DNA of 64,000 bases from Felis catus (Eukaryota): the NCBI RefSeq assembly GCF_018350175.1, contig NC_058368.1, positions 236,160,001 to 236,224,000 on the forward strand, given 5' to 3'. A program made the position numbers and the translations under genes. Under the pieces are notes generated by a model. It was not told where the DNA came from and made no database searches. It saw only the letters and a program-made list of their open reading frames with translations. Below are positions 10,321 through 20,925 of this stretch, piece after piece. Numbering within the stretch: position 1 is the stretch's first letter; each line of letters begins with the position of its first letter.

Positions 10321-12999
10321 CTATGTGCCAAGGGTCAGCCCCATTAGCTGGATGGTGCCACGTCTCACTTGTGTATTCTGTCAGGTCCACACCCTCCTTA
10401 GGGTGTTCCCATAGTTGTCGTGGATGGCGATTAATATGGGGGAAGTGGGGCGGTCGTGGGGACCGAACGAAGGATTCAGAATGACAAGTCTTGAACAAAC
10501 AATGCAACTTCCAAAAAAAAAAAAAAGGTGGGGGGCGGATATTTGAACCCATTTAGGACACCAAAGTTGGAATTAAGTACTTTTTTGTTAGGTGTTGGCT
10601 GAAGTAATAAAGGTCATATAGTCCCTAGGCAGATGAGACTTGCCGTTCTCGCCAGGGAACTCAGGGGACACCCTTCAATTTTCTTCCCGAATTTGAGGCT
10701 TGAGGCTTATGTGTATGTGTGTGTTCCTGCCACTGTCTAGTAAAGAAATCATTTTCAACTTACGCTTTGTTCAGTAGTATGCTAAGTACCTTACCAGTAA
10801 GAAAGAAAGTCACTGAGAATGTGGAATTCTGTTTTCTAAATTTATGTGTAGGTGGTGCATCTACTCTGTTATCTGCCCCCTCGACGGTTACCTTGCATGT
10901 TTTATTATCCACTACACCACTGAATGTCACCTGCAATTGAACATCACTCCCAAAGAATACAGTTAACACTGGTAACTTACCAAGAGTGTGGAAAGTCCTC
11001 GGCCATTTTTATCGCGTATCGATTCCCAGGATCCAGACGCTGGAGGAGAGAGACAACGCCCACGTCTGGGTTCTGTAGCAGAAAGGGAAGAAAAGCCTGC
11101 TTTCCTAACAACATTGTCCCATGATTTATAACCACTTCGTGCTCTTATCTTTATAACGAATTTCCAAAACTATTTAAAACAAGAAGCTGGCTACTGCCTG
11201 GAATAATACCGAGGCCAAGGTGTGTGACCCAGGAGACATTGGGTGTGACCCCCCCTCAGTGCTGCCTGCCTGGCGGGGCGGGGGAGAGGGGCGCTGGGCC
11301 AGGCAGCTCAGTGTCACCTGAGTGATCACATGTGCTGCGGCCGGGCTCAAGCTGGATCACACAGAGCAGTCACGGAAGGGAGGCACATTAGCCTCCCAGG
11401 AGACAGACTTTTCCCGCCAGGCTCAGAGGCCAGGCAGGACCTCGAACAATGCGTACAAGGAGGGACAGGTGCAGAGACTTTCTCCAGTTGGTTGAATGAA
11501 ACGAGAAAGAGAACAGACTGGCAGAGCTGTGGCCATCAGGCTGGGATTGATCTAGAAGCAGCCAAGGACTCAGAGCCAGGTTGGGAGGCGACCCATAACC
11601 TGACATGGGGGCTGCCTCGATCCTGGACAGACAAGCATTTTGGGGGCGGACAAATGGCCACGGAAGGCCCAAGGCAGACCCTGTATCACCCAGACGGCAC
11701 GTGCAGGGCCGGCTGGCAAAGTTTTTAACAACGGTGCGGCAAAAAAAAAAAAATGAGCCTCTGTTTCCCATTCTATTTTTAGTTGGATATGGTGAACAAA
11801 TTCTGATAACAGGGCTATCAAACCCACAGCTAAAGCCGGGCCCACCACCTCTATTTCAAATGGAAATTTACTGCTATCAGTAGCCAGAGGATTAACTCCT
11901 TTGGTGAAATCACACAAGACCAACTACTTATCTTAGAGGGGAAGAACTTTTCTCAGGCCTTCAAAATAAAGACAAATTCACTTGACTCAAACTCTCCTGT
12001 GTATCGATACGTCCTAGGAGAGTACATGTACCTTCCTTTGGAGACCCTCACCACACTTCACGGGAATGTGAGCTTCTCAATAAACCTTCTAAGTAGGCAA
12101 ATTAGATCAGCTCTGAGGCCCGGCAGGCTCTGCACACGTGTGATCACTCTATCCTCCCAGGATCTCTGTCCCAGCAGAAGAGGGACACAGATACGACAGG
12201 GAAGCTCTGTTTTCCTCTTTGCCAGAGATGGATGGGATCTGAGGAGAGGAGATGCTGAGTTCCTGCCCTTTGCACATGAATCACGGGGGAGGGCAGAATT
12301 AGAAGAGAGATTTCTGACCGGAAGGGCAGACAAAGAGACTGGCTGCCATTGACAGCATTTCGATTTAAGTTAATTTGTAAAAAACGCGGTGACAGAGGCG
12401 AGCTCCATACTGGGTAATGTTTTAGCAGCAGGAATGTGAACCAGATCTGCTTTATTCTCCAACGGTATTTGTTACCTGCTTGAGTTTATTGTGTTTCGGC
12501 AGCGGGTTCCGGATTAATCGCGCTTCTCTGTAATAGAGCAGCAAAAACCAACCCGCCGTCCATCGTTTCTAGAAAGTTTTACCTATCTACGACAATAAAA
12601 AAAAATGTGGAAAGGAGAAAACATCTATGCTTTGGATCCAAGAGTAATCCTAATCTCCCCCATTTTCTTGTTTGCTTGTTAGATGATGAAAATCTACATT
12701 TTATGGGGGGTCATCTGACATCTACTTCTTAGACTCTTCCTTCAACTTAAAAGGAAAGCCTTGTTTTCCTTTTGTGAGTTTTTTCTCCGTTTTATTTCAC
12801 AGGTAACATTTTCCCACTCACAAATGTTTACGGTTTACTGTGTCTCCTTTTTCATTTTCTTTTTCCTTGCGGAGCAAGGTCCCACAGTTCCATCCTCGTG
12901 CTTCGGTCTGTCCCCTACAGCCTGGGGGTGCTCTGGGGACCCCATGCCACCAGGGAGCCCCTGCTGCTGCCAGGTGTGGCCGTGGGGGGAGGGGGGAGG

Positions 13000-13409
13000 C
13001 TAAGGGCTGCAGGCAACAGCACATTACCCCCCTGGGCTCGACACCAGAAGTCTGGAATCAAGGTGTTACAGGGTGGGTTCCTTCCTTGAACTTGAGGCAG
13101 AAAATGCCCCATTCCTCTCCCAGCTTCTGACTTGCCCACAACCCTCGGCCTTCCGTGACTTGGGGCTGCATCCCCTCCGATTTCTGGGTCCCTCACACAC
13201 ACAGTTCCTCCTCTGGGTCTGTTGTCTTCAGTCCTTGTGAGAAGGACACAGTCTTCAGATGTCACGTCCCCCACCCCCCAATCCATTATGACCTCATCTT
13301 AACTTGGTTGCCTCTGTGAAGACCGTATTTCCAAATAAGATCCCGTTCACAGGGACCCGAAGCTAGGACTTGAACACGGCCTTTTCTGAGGAGCCCTTCA
13401 ACCCACGAC
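13000..13409 (-). mobile_element. MLT1B/C-like MaLR solo LTR
   Basis: gaagtctggaatcaaggtgttacagggt, tatgacctcatcttaact, gaccgtatttccaaataagatcccgttcacagg, ttcaacccacgaca terminus. Confidence 0.85.
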
Positions 13410-14447
13410 AAAAGAATGGAGGGAGATTCAGCTGACGGCTCCACAGAATCAAGGGGGTCTAAGACCAAAGAAAACAAGCATCACCTATGACTGAGCGACG
13501 TGTTTTTACAGCAGCCCCAAGAGGCACAGCCGGCTCTTAGGCGAGCCGGAGAGAGGCTCAGGGAGGGAAGTCACAGTGAAGGTTGCCTCAGAGGAGCTGT
13601 AAATACCATCGTTTGCAAAAGCTAAGTCTGTCCCCACTCATCGGCCCATGAAGTTTGGGGAAGTAACGTAATCTGTAAGGAAATATTGCTCCAGGAAATG
13701 CAAGTTAAAGGTGCTGTCCTCTGGCCGTCACTCTTATTGGAGTTTGGTTTTAATAAATTGCCAGGCATTCTTTTCCAATAGGTATTCCAAAACAGAGCAG
13801 ATTATTCTTTATTTTTGCAATCAATCATTTTCTTTGGACGCCACCAAAACGTACATTTTGAAACTGATGTTCAGCCTTCATTATGCAAAGTTTATCTGTT
13901 ACGTTGACCCTGTAATGGGGTTCCATCGGGTTGGCCCTGGACAGCCCTTCAGAATAATGGAGAACATGGGTTACCGCACTTTCAGCAAATGGTTGACAAC
14001 CTGTATCTTGTTCTGGAGCAGAAGCTGGGGGATGCACAGAGCCAAGGTGCATTGTGGTCTTTTCCTCACATTTCCGGACTCTCATCATAATCACTGGGTG
14101 GCAATCTGACAATGGTGATCTCGGCGATTCATGCCAATGTCTTACGTTTCCTCTCTGCCCTACTTTTAACTGTGTTGTACTGTTTTTTTCTTATTATTGG
14201 TTTAACTGCAAAATTGAAAACACAAATATGTCTCCCACCCATTATAATAATTTTGCACGCAAACATTTTGCTGTGTAATTCTTGTATGACCAGCCAGGTA
14301 CTGGTGCGGTAATCTCTTTCCGCGTATCTGCTATTTTGATGGCAATAATAGTTTCATATCATAGCTGTTTTCACAACTTTTTTCTGTGAAGTATTTACTA
14401 AAGGTGTATTTCCACTTTCCCTTTTTCTGCCCATCTAACGGAACAGA

Positions 14448-14455
14448 CTTTTTTC

Positions 14456-14486
<31 letters not shown>

Positions 14487-14625
14487 CTTTCTTTCTTTCT
14501 TCTTTCTTTCTTCCTTCCTTCCTTCCTTCCTTCCTTCCTTCCTTCCTTCCTTCTTTTCTTCCTTCCTTTCCTTCTTTCCTTCCTTCCTTCCTTCCTTCCT
14601 TCTTTCTTTCTTCTTTCTTTCTTCT
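14448..14625. repeat. Compound (TTTC)n/(CCTT)n polypyrimidine microsatellite
   Basis: Directly visible. Confidence 0.97.
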
Positions 14626-16299
14626 GTATATTTCTCACAGAGTTTGAGTTCTGTTTGTTGGCCAGGAGCTCAACTATCAGAGCTCAACAATCAGAAAATC
14701 AGGGTGTGATTTTTAATGACAAATAATGTGAAGCGTGTTCCCGATTTTCCTTCCAGGTTTTTGCTGAATACATAACCTTTATGTGAACTCACTTCATTAA
14801 TCTTATGAGGAAAATGTAGCTACTTCATATGTGGGATTGAGGAAAAAATTATTAGAGTCCATTAGCAAGCTAGGGCGCTCACCTCTCAAAGGACGGAAGA
14901 GTGTAGGAGGCCCGGGTCAAAGAGCTGTGTTATTCTGTAAACAAGTTCTGAGAAGTTTGCCCAATTTCCCTGTACTATGAAATAGGACCCCCAACGAGTA
15001 ACCCAGCACCCACCCCCCCCACCCCGGTGGCTGTAAGTGGTGTCCAAGAAGAGACAGAAGAAGCTAACTTTGCTGGTAAATAAATGCGTGATCGCTGGTC
15101 AAATACGGACATTCATCTTTGGGTTGTAAAGCAGAAAGACACCAGTTTTGAAAAGTTAGGTTAAAAATTATGTTTCGATATCTGCGAACATTTGCTTATT
15201 CCCTGGGAGCATGGGGAAAGGTCTCATCATCTCCTGTGTTTGTTAGCACCACACAGTGACGCTTGGGATGGGTTCAAAGTCAAGCGCAACCTTGTTCCCT
15301 GGAGGGGACGACACCCTCTACCCTCCAGCATGGGCCCCAGTCGATGCAAATGTCCTCTTTAACTGATGCAAAACCCGATCCGAGATTACCCAGAAAAGGT
15401 TTTGTTCTACCTCCGGAGATTGGCAAGCACATTTGGTCCTTTTCTGACCGCATCGCAGTCATGCCAGTAAAGAGGGCAGCTAAGAATTTAAAACCCAGAG
15501 CTTTGAACCTCCACAGAGATGATACAAGAGGTGAGTGGGAAAGAAGGCTGTGTCATATTCCCATTTGAAAGAAGCAGATCCTGCTCATGATCTTATCTGA
15601 CAAGATCGTGCAGCTGTTAAGTAAATTTTAAGAACGTCTACTTAGGGCTCCTTGTATTAATCAAGGAAAATATGTCCACGTCGGGTAAAAATACGATTGC
15701 TGCCAAAATGGACAACAACATCTGGGGAAAGCTTTAGTTCTCTCCTGAAGGCACATGGCTTCAATATTAGCAGGCAGATGAGGCCTGGAAGAATCAAAGG
15801 GAGTGGAAGAATTAAATGCAGTCTCACTGGATGCCTTTTCTTGAACATATTTAGACTCAACACAAGATCTGGGTGAGAGAGAAACCACAGCTTGTTTACT
15901 TTGCAATCCGCAGTGCCCCCCCCCCCCCCCCGCCTGTCCCACCTTGACACTTCGGTGGGACTCATCTGCGAGGGTTTCGCGGATGCGGTTGCAGGTGCCT
16001 ACGTGCTCGGGAGGCTGTGGGGGAGGGACCCTCAGCCTCCCTCTGCTCTTTTCTTCGACACATATCCCATGCGCTGTGTGGCTGCCCATCCGTCCAGCTG
16101 CTAGACATCAGGTGACGAAGGCGGATGTCCAAGCCACCAAGCAAAACCCAGGATCCCCTGCCCACGTGGAGCTCGCCTTCTAGAGCACAGGCACGTAGGG
16201 CACGCCCAATACATGAGTAAAAGACATGTCATCTCTCAGGGCTGAGTCACGAGAAAACTTCAGCAGAGGTGAGGCTGGGGAGAGCCGAGAAGAGAGTGC

Positions 16300-16760
16300 G
16301 ATAGTACATCGGCCGCAAAGGAGAATCTGAGATGGCAAAGGTGCCATCGGAGCGAGACTCCAAAGGCCCGGCCTGGGGCCCACCCGTGGGCCAAGCGGTG
16401 CCAGGAGGCGGCGTGTCTGCCCTCGGCGTGGCCAGACCCGAGCCCTCCGTCTCCCGCACCCAAGCAAAGCCTGTTGCACCCACAGTCCTTCCCGCATCCA
16501 CCGGTGGCGGGATGCCCCGTCCGGCTGCCCATGTCAGAAGTCTGCGAGCGTCATCCCGCTTCCCACACCTAAATGCATCAGAAATCCATGGCTCAGACTT
16601 CAGGCGACATCCGAGCCTGACCGCCCGCGGCCTGCTGTCCCCTCCCTGGCCTCGGCCGGCGTCAGCCGCTGAAGGGTCAGCCGCCCCTCCCCTTTGCCTG
16701 CCTTGCCCCTTGCACCCCCGTCCCACAGAGTGCCCCGTTAGGGGACGGGGCCATCGATTC
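16300..16760. other. GC/CpG-rich patch (CpG-island-like)
   Basis: Roughly 30+ CpGs in about 420 bp by manual count, high GC, no associated gene recognised. Confidence 0.5.
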
Positions 16761-17291
16761 CCTCAGAGGAAGCCAAAGTCCCATCGTGTGACTCGTCAGC
16801 TGTATCATCAAGGTGTCAGCAGGATGCACAGGCCACGCTCAGGTGAGAATATTTGAGGAGGTTTAATCAGGGCCTCTTTGCAAACGGCGTGAGCAGCAGA
16901 GAGAAAGTGCAGGAGGCCGGGTGAGGCGCTGGGTGAGGACCAGAAGGGTGGCAGGGCCCCCAGGGAGGAGGGCAGGGCAGACAGGCGCTGGAGAGGGAGC
17001 CTGGGGGTGCCAGGGGGGCGGGCGGAGGACAGAGGCCCCTCGGGGCTCCAGCTGAGAGACAGGAGCCCGGCAAGAAGCCACAGGGCAGAGGAGCACTAAT
17101 GTGACTTTGGAGCACTGAGCAGGGCAGTGAGGGGTGGGCAGCAGATCTGAGTGAGCGAAAAAGGACACATCCTGAAGGTCCTTTCTGATGTCAGCCATCT
17201 ACCCTCATTCTACACCAGCTGCAACTGGGTCCCTTCATTGGCTGGACACCTGCCTACGGGCCTTTGCACTGGCCATTTCCTGGGCCGTCTT

Positions 17292-17333
17292 TTCTTCTTC
17301 TTCTTCTTCTTCTTCTTCTTCTTCTTCTTCTTC
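17292..17333. repeat. (TTC)14 triplet repeat forming the tail of a SINE
   Basis: Directly visible, abutting the SINE 3' end. Confidence 0.95.
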
Positions 17334-17515
17334 TCCTTCATTTATTTTGGCAAAGGGAGAGATTTCAGGAGGGGGAGGGGCATAGAGAGAAGGAGAGAGA
17401 GAAATCCAAGCAGGCTCCATGCTGTCAGCACAGAGCCTGACACAGGGCTTGAACCCTGAGGTCATGAGCTGAGCTGAAGTCAGACGCTCAACTGACTGAG
17501 CCGCCCAGGAGCCCC
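17334..17515 (-). mobile_element. CanSINE
   Basis: Antisense head ...actgactgagccgcccaggagcccc and GA tract. Confidence 0.93.
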
Positions 17516-17589
17516 TCCTGGGTGTTAACATGCTTCCTCCTGGTGTCTTCAGGGCCTTGTGGCTGCCCGGCTGTCAGACTCCCAATGAG

Positions 17590-17860
17590 GACACCTCAGC
17601 CACTGTTTTCAAGGTGCAAATTACCCTCCTCTCTCTTATTCCCAAATGTCCTCAATATGTTCTACCTTTGGTGTTTTCCAAAGCTCTCATCATCCCTTGA
17701 AATATCACCCCAAAATACACTTATGTTGATGGCTTCTCATCGCCCCCCTCCCCCCCCCATGGCAGGACTTTTCTCCAGGGTTGGGTCCCAGTGCCTGGAG
17801 CAGGGCCCATTAGGGGAACAGTGGGCTCTCCATCCAGACCTGTTGAGAGAGTGAGTAAGT
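17590..17860 (+). mobile_element. Probable L2 3' end remnant
   Basis: cccagtgcctggagcagggccc...cagtgggctctcc...tgttgagagagtgagt resembles the L2 3' terminus. Confidence 0.5.
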
Positions 17861-18128
17861 AATGGAGACAGCAGCTCAGACTCCTCCTCGGGTGCAGTGA
17901 AGGTGCCACAGCATGTTCCCCACCGGCTGAGTGGCACTCAAGTCCTAGGTGGACTCGGAAAGCAGAGAGCTCACACTGCACTCTGACTGGAAGGTAACCC
18001 TGGGTCCCCTCCAGCTGAATATTTGGAGAACTTCACGAAGAGACAGTCAGCTTCTGTGGAATAAAGATCCCGAGAGCAATGCTCAGTTTTAATCTTAAAA
18101 TTACGAGGAGGAAAATAATTTAAAGGAG

Positions 18129-18352
18129 TTTTTTTTTTTTTCAACGTTTATTTATTTATTTTTTTTGGGGACAGAGAGAGACACAGCATGAATGGGGGAG
18201 GGGCAGAGAGAGAGGGAGACACAGAATCTGAAACAGGCTCCAGGCTCCGAGCCATCAGCCCAGAGCCGGACGCGGGGCTCGAACTCACGGACCGCGAGAT
18301 CGTGACCTGGCCGAAGTCGGACGCTCAACCAACTGCGCCACCCAGGCGCCCC
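18129..18352 (-). mobile_element. Young CanSINE (SINEC_Fc)
   Basis: CpG-rich near-consensus body; perfect TSD taaaggagtttt (18121-18132 / 18353-18364). Confidence 0.98.
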
Positions 18353-18599
18353 TAAAGGAGTTTTAACAGGAAAAAAAAATAATGTAAATACGTTATGTTA
18401 CACGGCAAAGGGGACTTTGCAGATGGGATTAAGTCAAAGATACTGAGACGGGAAGATTATCCTGGATAGTCTTTGCCGTTACAATATAGCAACTTATTAC
18501 TATATCGGTCAAATATGTATTTAATACACAATATATATTATATAATACAGTGCAATCACCATGTAATCACAAGCGTCCTTGTAAGAAAGAGGGAGGAGG

Positions 18600-18763
18600 G
18601 GGGCGCCTGGGTGGCTCCGTCGGTGAAGCGTCCGACTTCGGCTCAGGTCACGATCTCGTGGTCCATGAGTTCGAGCCCCGCGTTGGGCTCTGTGCTGACA
18701 GCTCAGGGCCTGGAGCCTGCTTCCGATTCTGTGTCTCCCTCTCTCTGCCCTTCCCTGGCTCGT

Positions 18764-18799
<36 letters not shown>

Positions 18800-18810
18800 A
18801 AACTTAAAAA
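18600..18810 (+). mobile_element. CanSINE, left monomer of dimer
   Basis: Full head, CT tract, short A tail; preceded by TSD taagaaagagggaggagg. Confidence 0.97.
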
Positions 18811-18823
18811 CAAAGTCGGGGGT

Positions 18824-19022
18824 GGGGGTGCCCAGGAGGCTCAGTCAGTTAAGCATCTGACTTCAGCTCAGGTCATGATCTCACTGCTCATGAGTTCGAG
18901 TCCCGCATCGGGCTCTGTGCCGACAGCTCAGAGCCTGAAGTCTGCTTCGGCTTCTGCGTCTCCCTCTCTCTCTGCCCCTCCCCCGCTCATGCTCTGTCTC
19001 TCTCTGGTTCAAAAATAAACAT
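18824..19022 (+). mobile_element. CanSINE, right monomer of dimer
   Basis: ggggtgcccaggaggctcagtcagttaag head; followed by TSD taagaaagagggaggagg. Confidence 0.97.
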
Positions 19023-20699
19023 TAAGAAAGAGGGAGGAGGCTCAGAGTCAGAGAAGGAGAGAAGACAGGGGTGATGTGGGGTCAGGGGACAAGGGATGCA
19101 GGTACCTCTAGGAGCCGGAGAAAGTAAGGAGACAGACCCTCCCCCCGAGCAGAGCACAGCCCTTCAGGCACCTGGTCTTACCCCCGGTGAGACCCACTGT
19201 GGACCTCTGACCTCCACAACCGTAAGGTGAGGCGCGTGCTGTTCACAGGCGCCAAGCCCGCGGTGACCAGGTGCGGTAAGGAGGAGGTGAGCAGGGGTAT
19301 CTCAGCCCGAGCAGCACCTGCGATTCCAGCACATTCACACCTGGCAGTCAGGGTGTTCAGCCATCCAGTCCTGCCCGGATCCGGCCAAATCTAGCCAGTG
19401 TTTGGACACACAGAAGACCTGAGAGCAACCTTATTTAATCTGTGCCACTTTTATGGAGACTAGAGTGGGCAAATTGTTTAAAAATTGAAATACCTTTGTC
19501 CATACTTACGACTCTGGAGGGAAATTAAAATACTTTCAGAATCCAACAATTTAAGAGTAATCTGATTTCATTTGATCTTACCATGTTCTTTCTGAAGAGA
19601 AGGGAGACCATGGGCATAAATCTAAGTATCGTAACCACCCCCAGTTACTTTGTTCAATTAATCTCTGCATCTGCTTGGGGTGTGTGTGTGTGCCTTACAT
19701 ATACAACATCATCCCCAGTGACTTATCATGAGTAATGATTGCTATGAACATATAGCTATACCAACAGTTTTTAATTTTAGACGTAAAGGTTGCTAAAAAC
19801 GCCTGTGAACTTCTTAAGGACTCAGGCGCACATTTGAAATAACGCTTGGGTTACATTAAATCCCCCCAAATCACTATATGATTATATACATATTTTTTTG
19901 ACCTGCATTTCACTTTCATGCTGGGAAAGAGCTACCTGCTGGAGTTAATTTCTTGAGTGAAAGTGTCTGTTCAGCATTCGCTTGACTTACAAAATGATTT
20001 GGCTACTTGTGTTTTGATTTCCGCTGAGCAGAGGCGATGGCTCAGCCTTCCCGTCTCGTCTAGTGACAGCACCCCAAAACCGGCGTCAGAGGCAGATTCC
20101 AGTAGGCTTTCCTGTTACTTACCCTTCCATCAGAAACGTCTTCCCACGTGGCCAAAAGACTTGTGTCAAAGTAAGTTCACGATTCCGTTTCCCTTGCACG
20201 TCACTTACGGTACCGTTCATTTTCTTCGATGTGGCTCAGAAACATCGGTCAGTTTCCGGTGACACATGCATACACGTGAACACACCAGTTTTGAGCTGGG
20301 CTCTAAACATGTCGTCACCTGAAGGTTTAGCTTCCTGGGGATGTGTTCGTTCAGAAAATGACCAAGAAGCTACCAAAGACGCCGTTGAATTCAAAGTTAA
20401 TAGAAGTCATGCATTTAAAATGGACAATTTCTGACAGGGAATGAAAATATCCCAGTCAACTAATCTAGATGCTTAAAAAATAAGGTCACCGTAAAGTCCA
20501 GTAGAGGGCAAAGAACATTCTGTAAGAAGAGAAAAGCGTACCGAGTCTACAATCTCCTTCTCTGGGGTTAACAGAGGGCTGTGGTAGAAATCTGGCCAAA
20601 GGACACCCGTGCCAATGCACACCGGTGAAGACAGTCCTTCCAAATATGTGTCATTCCCACCTTCCATCCCTAAACGTGAACAGGGGTCTCATAGCGCCC

Positions 20700-20925
20700 C
20701 ACTCCCCCTCCCTGTCTCTCTCTCTCTCCCTCCCATCTCTCCTTTCACTCACAACTTGATCCCCCCCAAATCTTCACTGCCCTGAGGACCTCATCCTGGC
20801 TCGTAGCTCAAACACCACCGGTGTGCTGGCAACTCCCAAATTCATACCCCTGAACCCCAAACCCTCCTATCGGCACACCTTCACATTTACATCCGGATGT
20901 CTGATCGGCATCTCAAACTTAACAA
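20700..20925 (+). mobile_element. L2 remnant
   Basis: gctggcaactcccaaattcata...ggatgtctgatcggcatctcaaacttaaca is typical L2. Confidence 0.65.

Larger units (their letters stand above)
18385..19270 (+). mobile_element. MLT1C/D-like MaLR LTR interrupted by a SINE dimer
   Basis: ggcaaagggactttgcagatgggattaag, gattatcctggat, atgtaatcacaagcgtcctt, gtgagacccactgtggacctctgacctcca. Confidence 0.85.

Noticed and set aside
14386..14709. Hydrophobic FLSF-repeat ORF that looks like a membrane protein
   Set aside because: Translation of the (TTTC)n/(CCTT)n microsatellite.
15459..15536. Plus-strand exon candidate ending GAG|gtgagt
   Set aside because: Overlaps MIR-like sequence, has a weak acceptor and no partner exons.
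16247..16856. 159-174-aa overlapping ORFs
   Set aside because: Explained by high GC content; open on both strands with P/A/R/G-biased composition.
18473..19018. 181-aa ORF with an internal repeat
   Set aside because: Translation of the two tandem CanSINEs; the same peptide motifs recur in other SINE-derived ORFs in the window.
20123..20430. Minus-strand segment with good acceptor and AGG|gtaagt donor
   Set aside because: No continuous open frame across ~300 nt and no other support; possible only as a non-coding exon.
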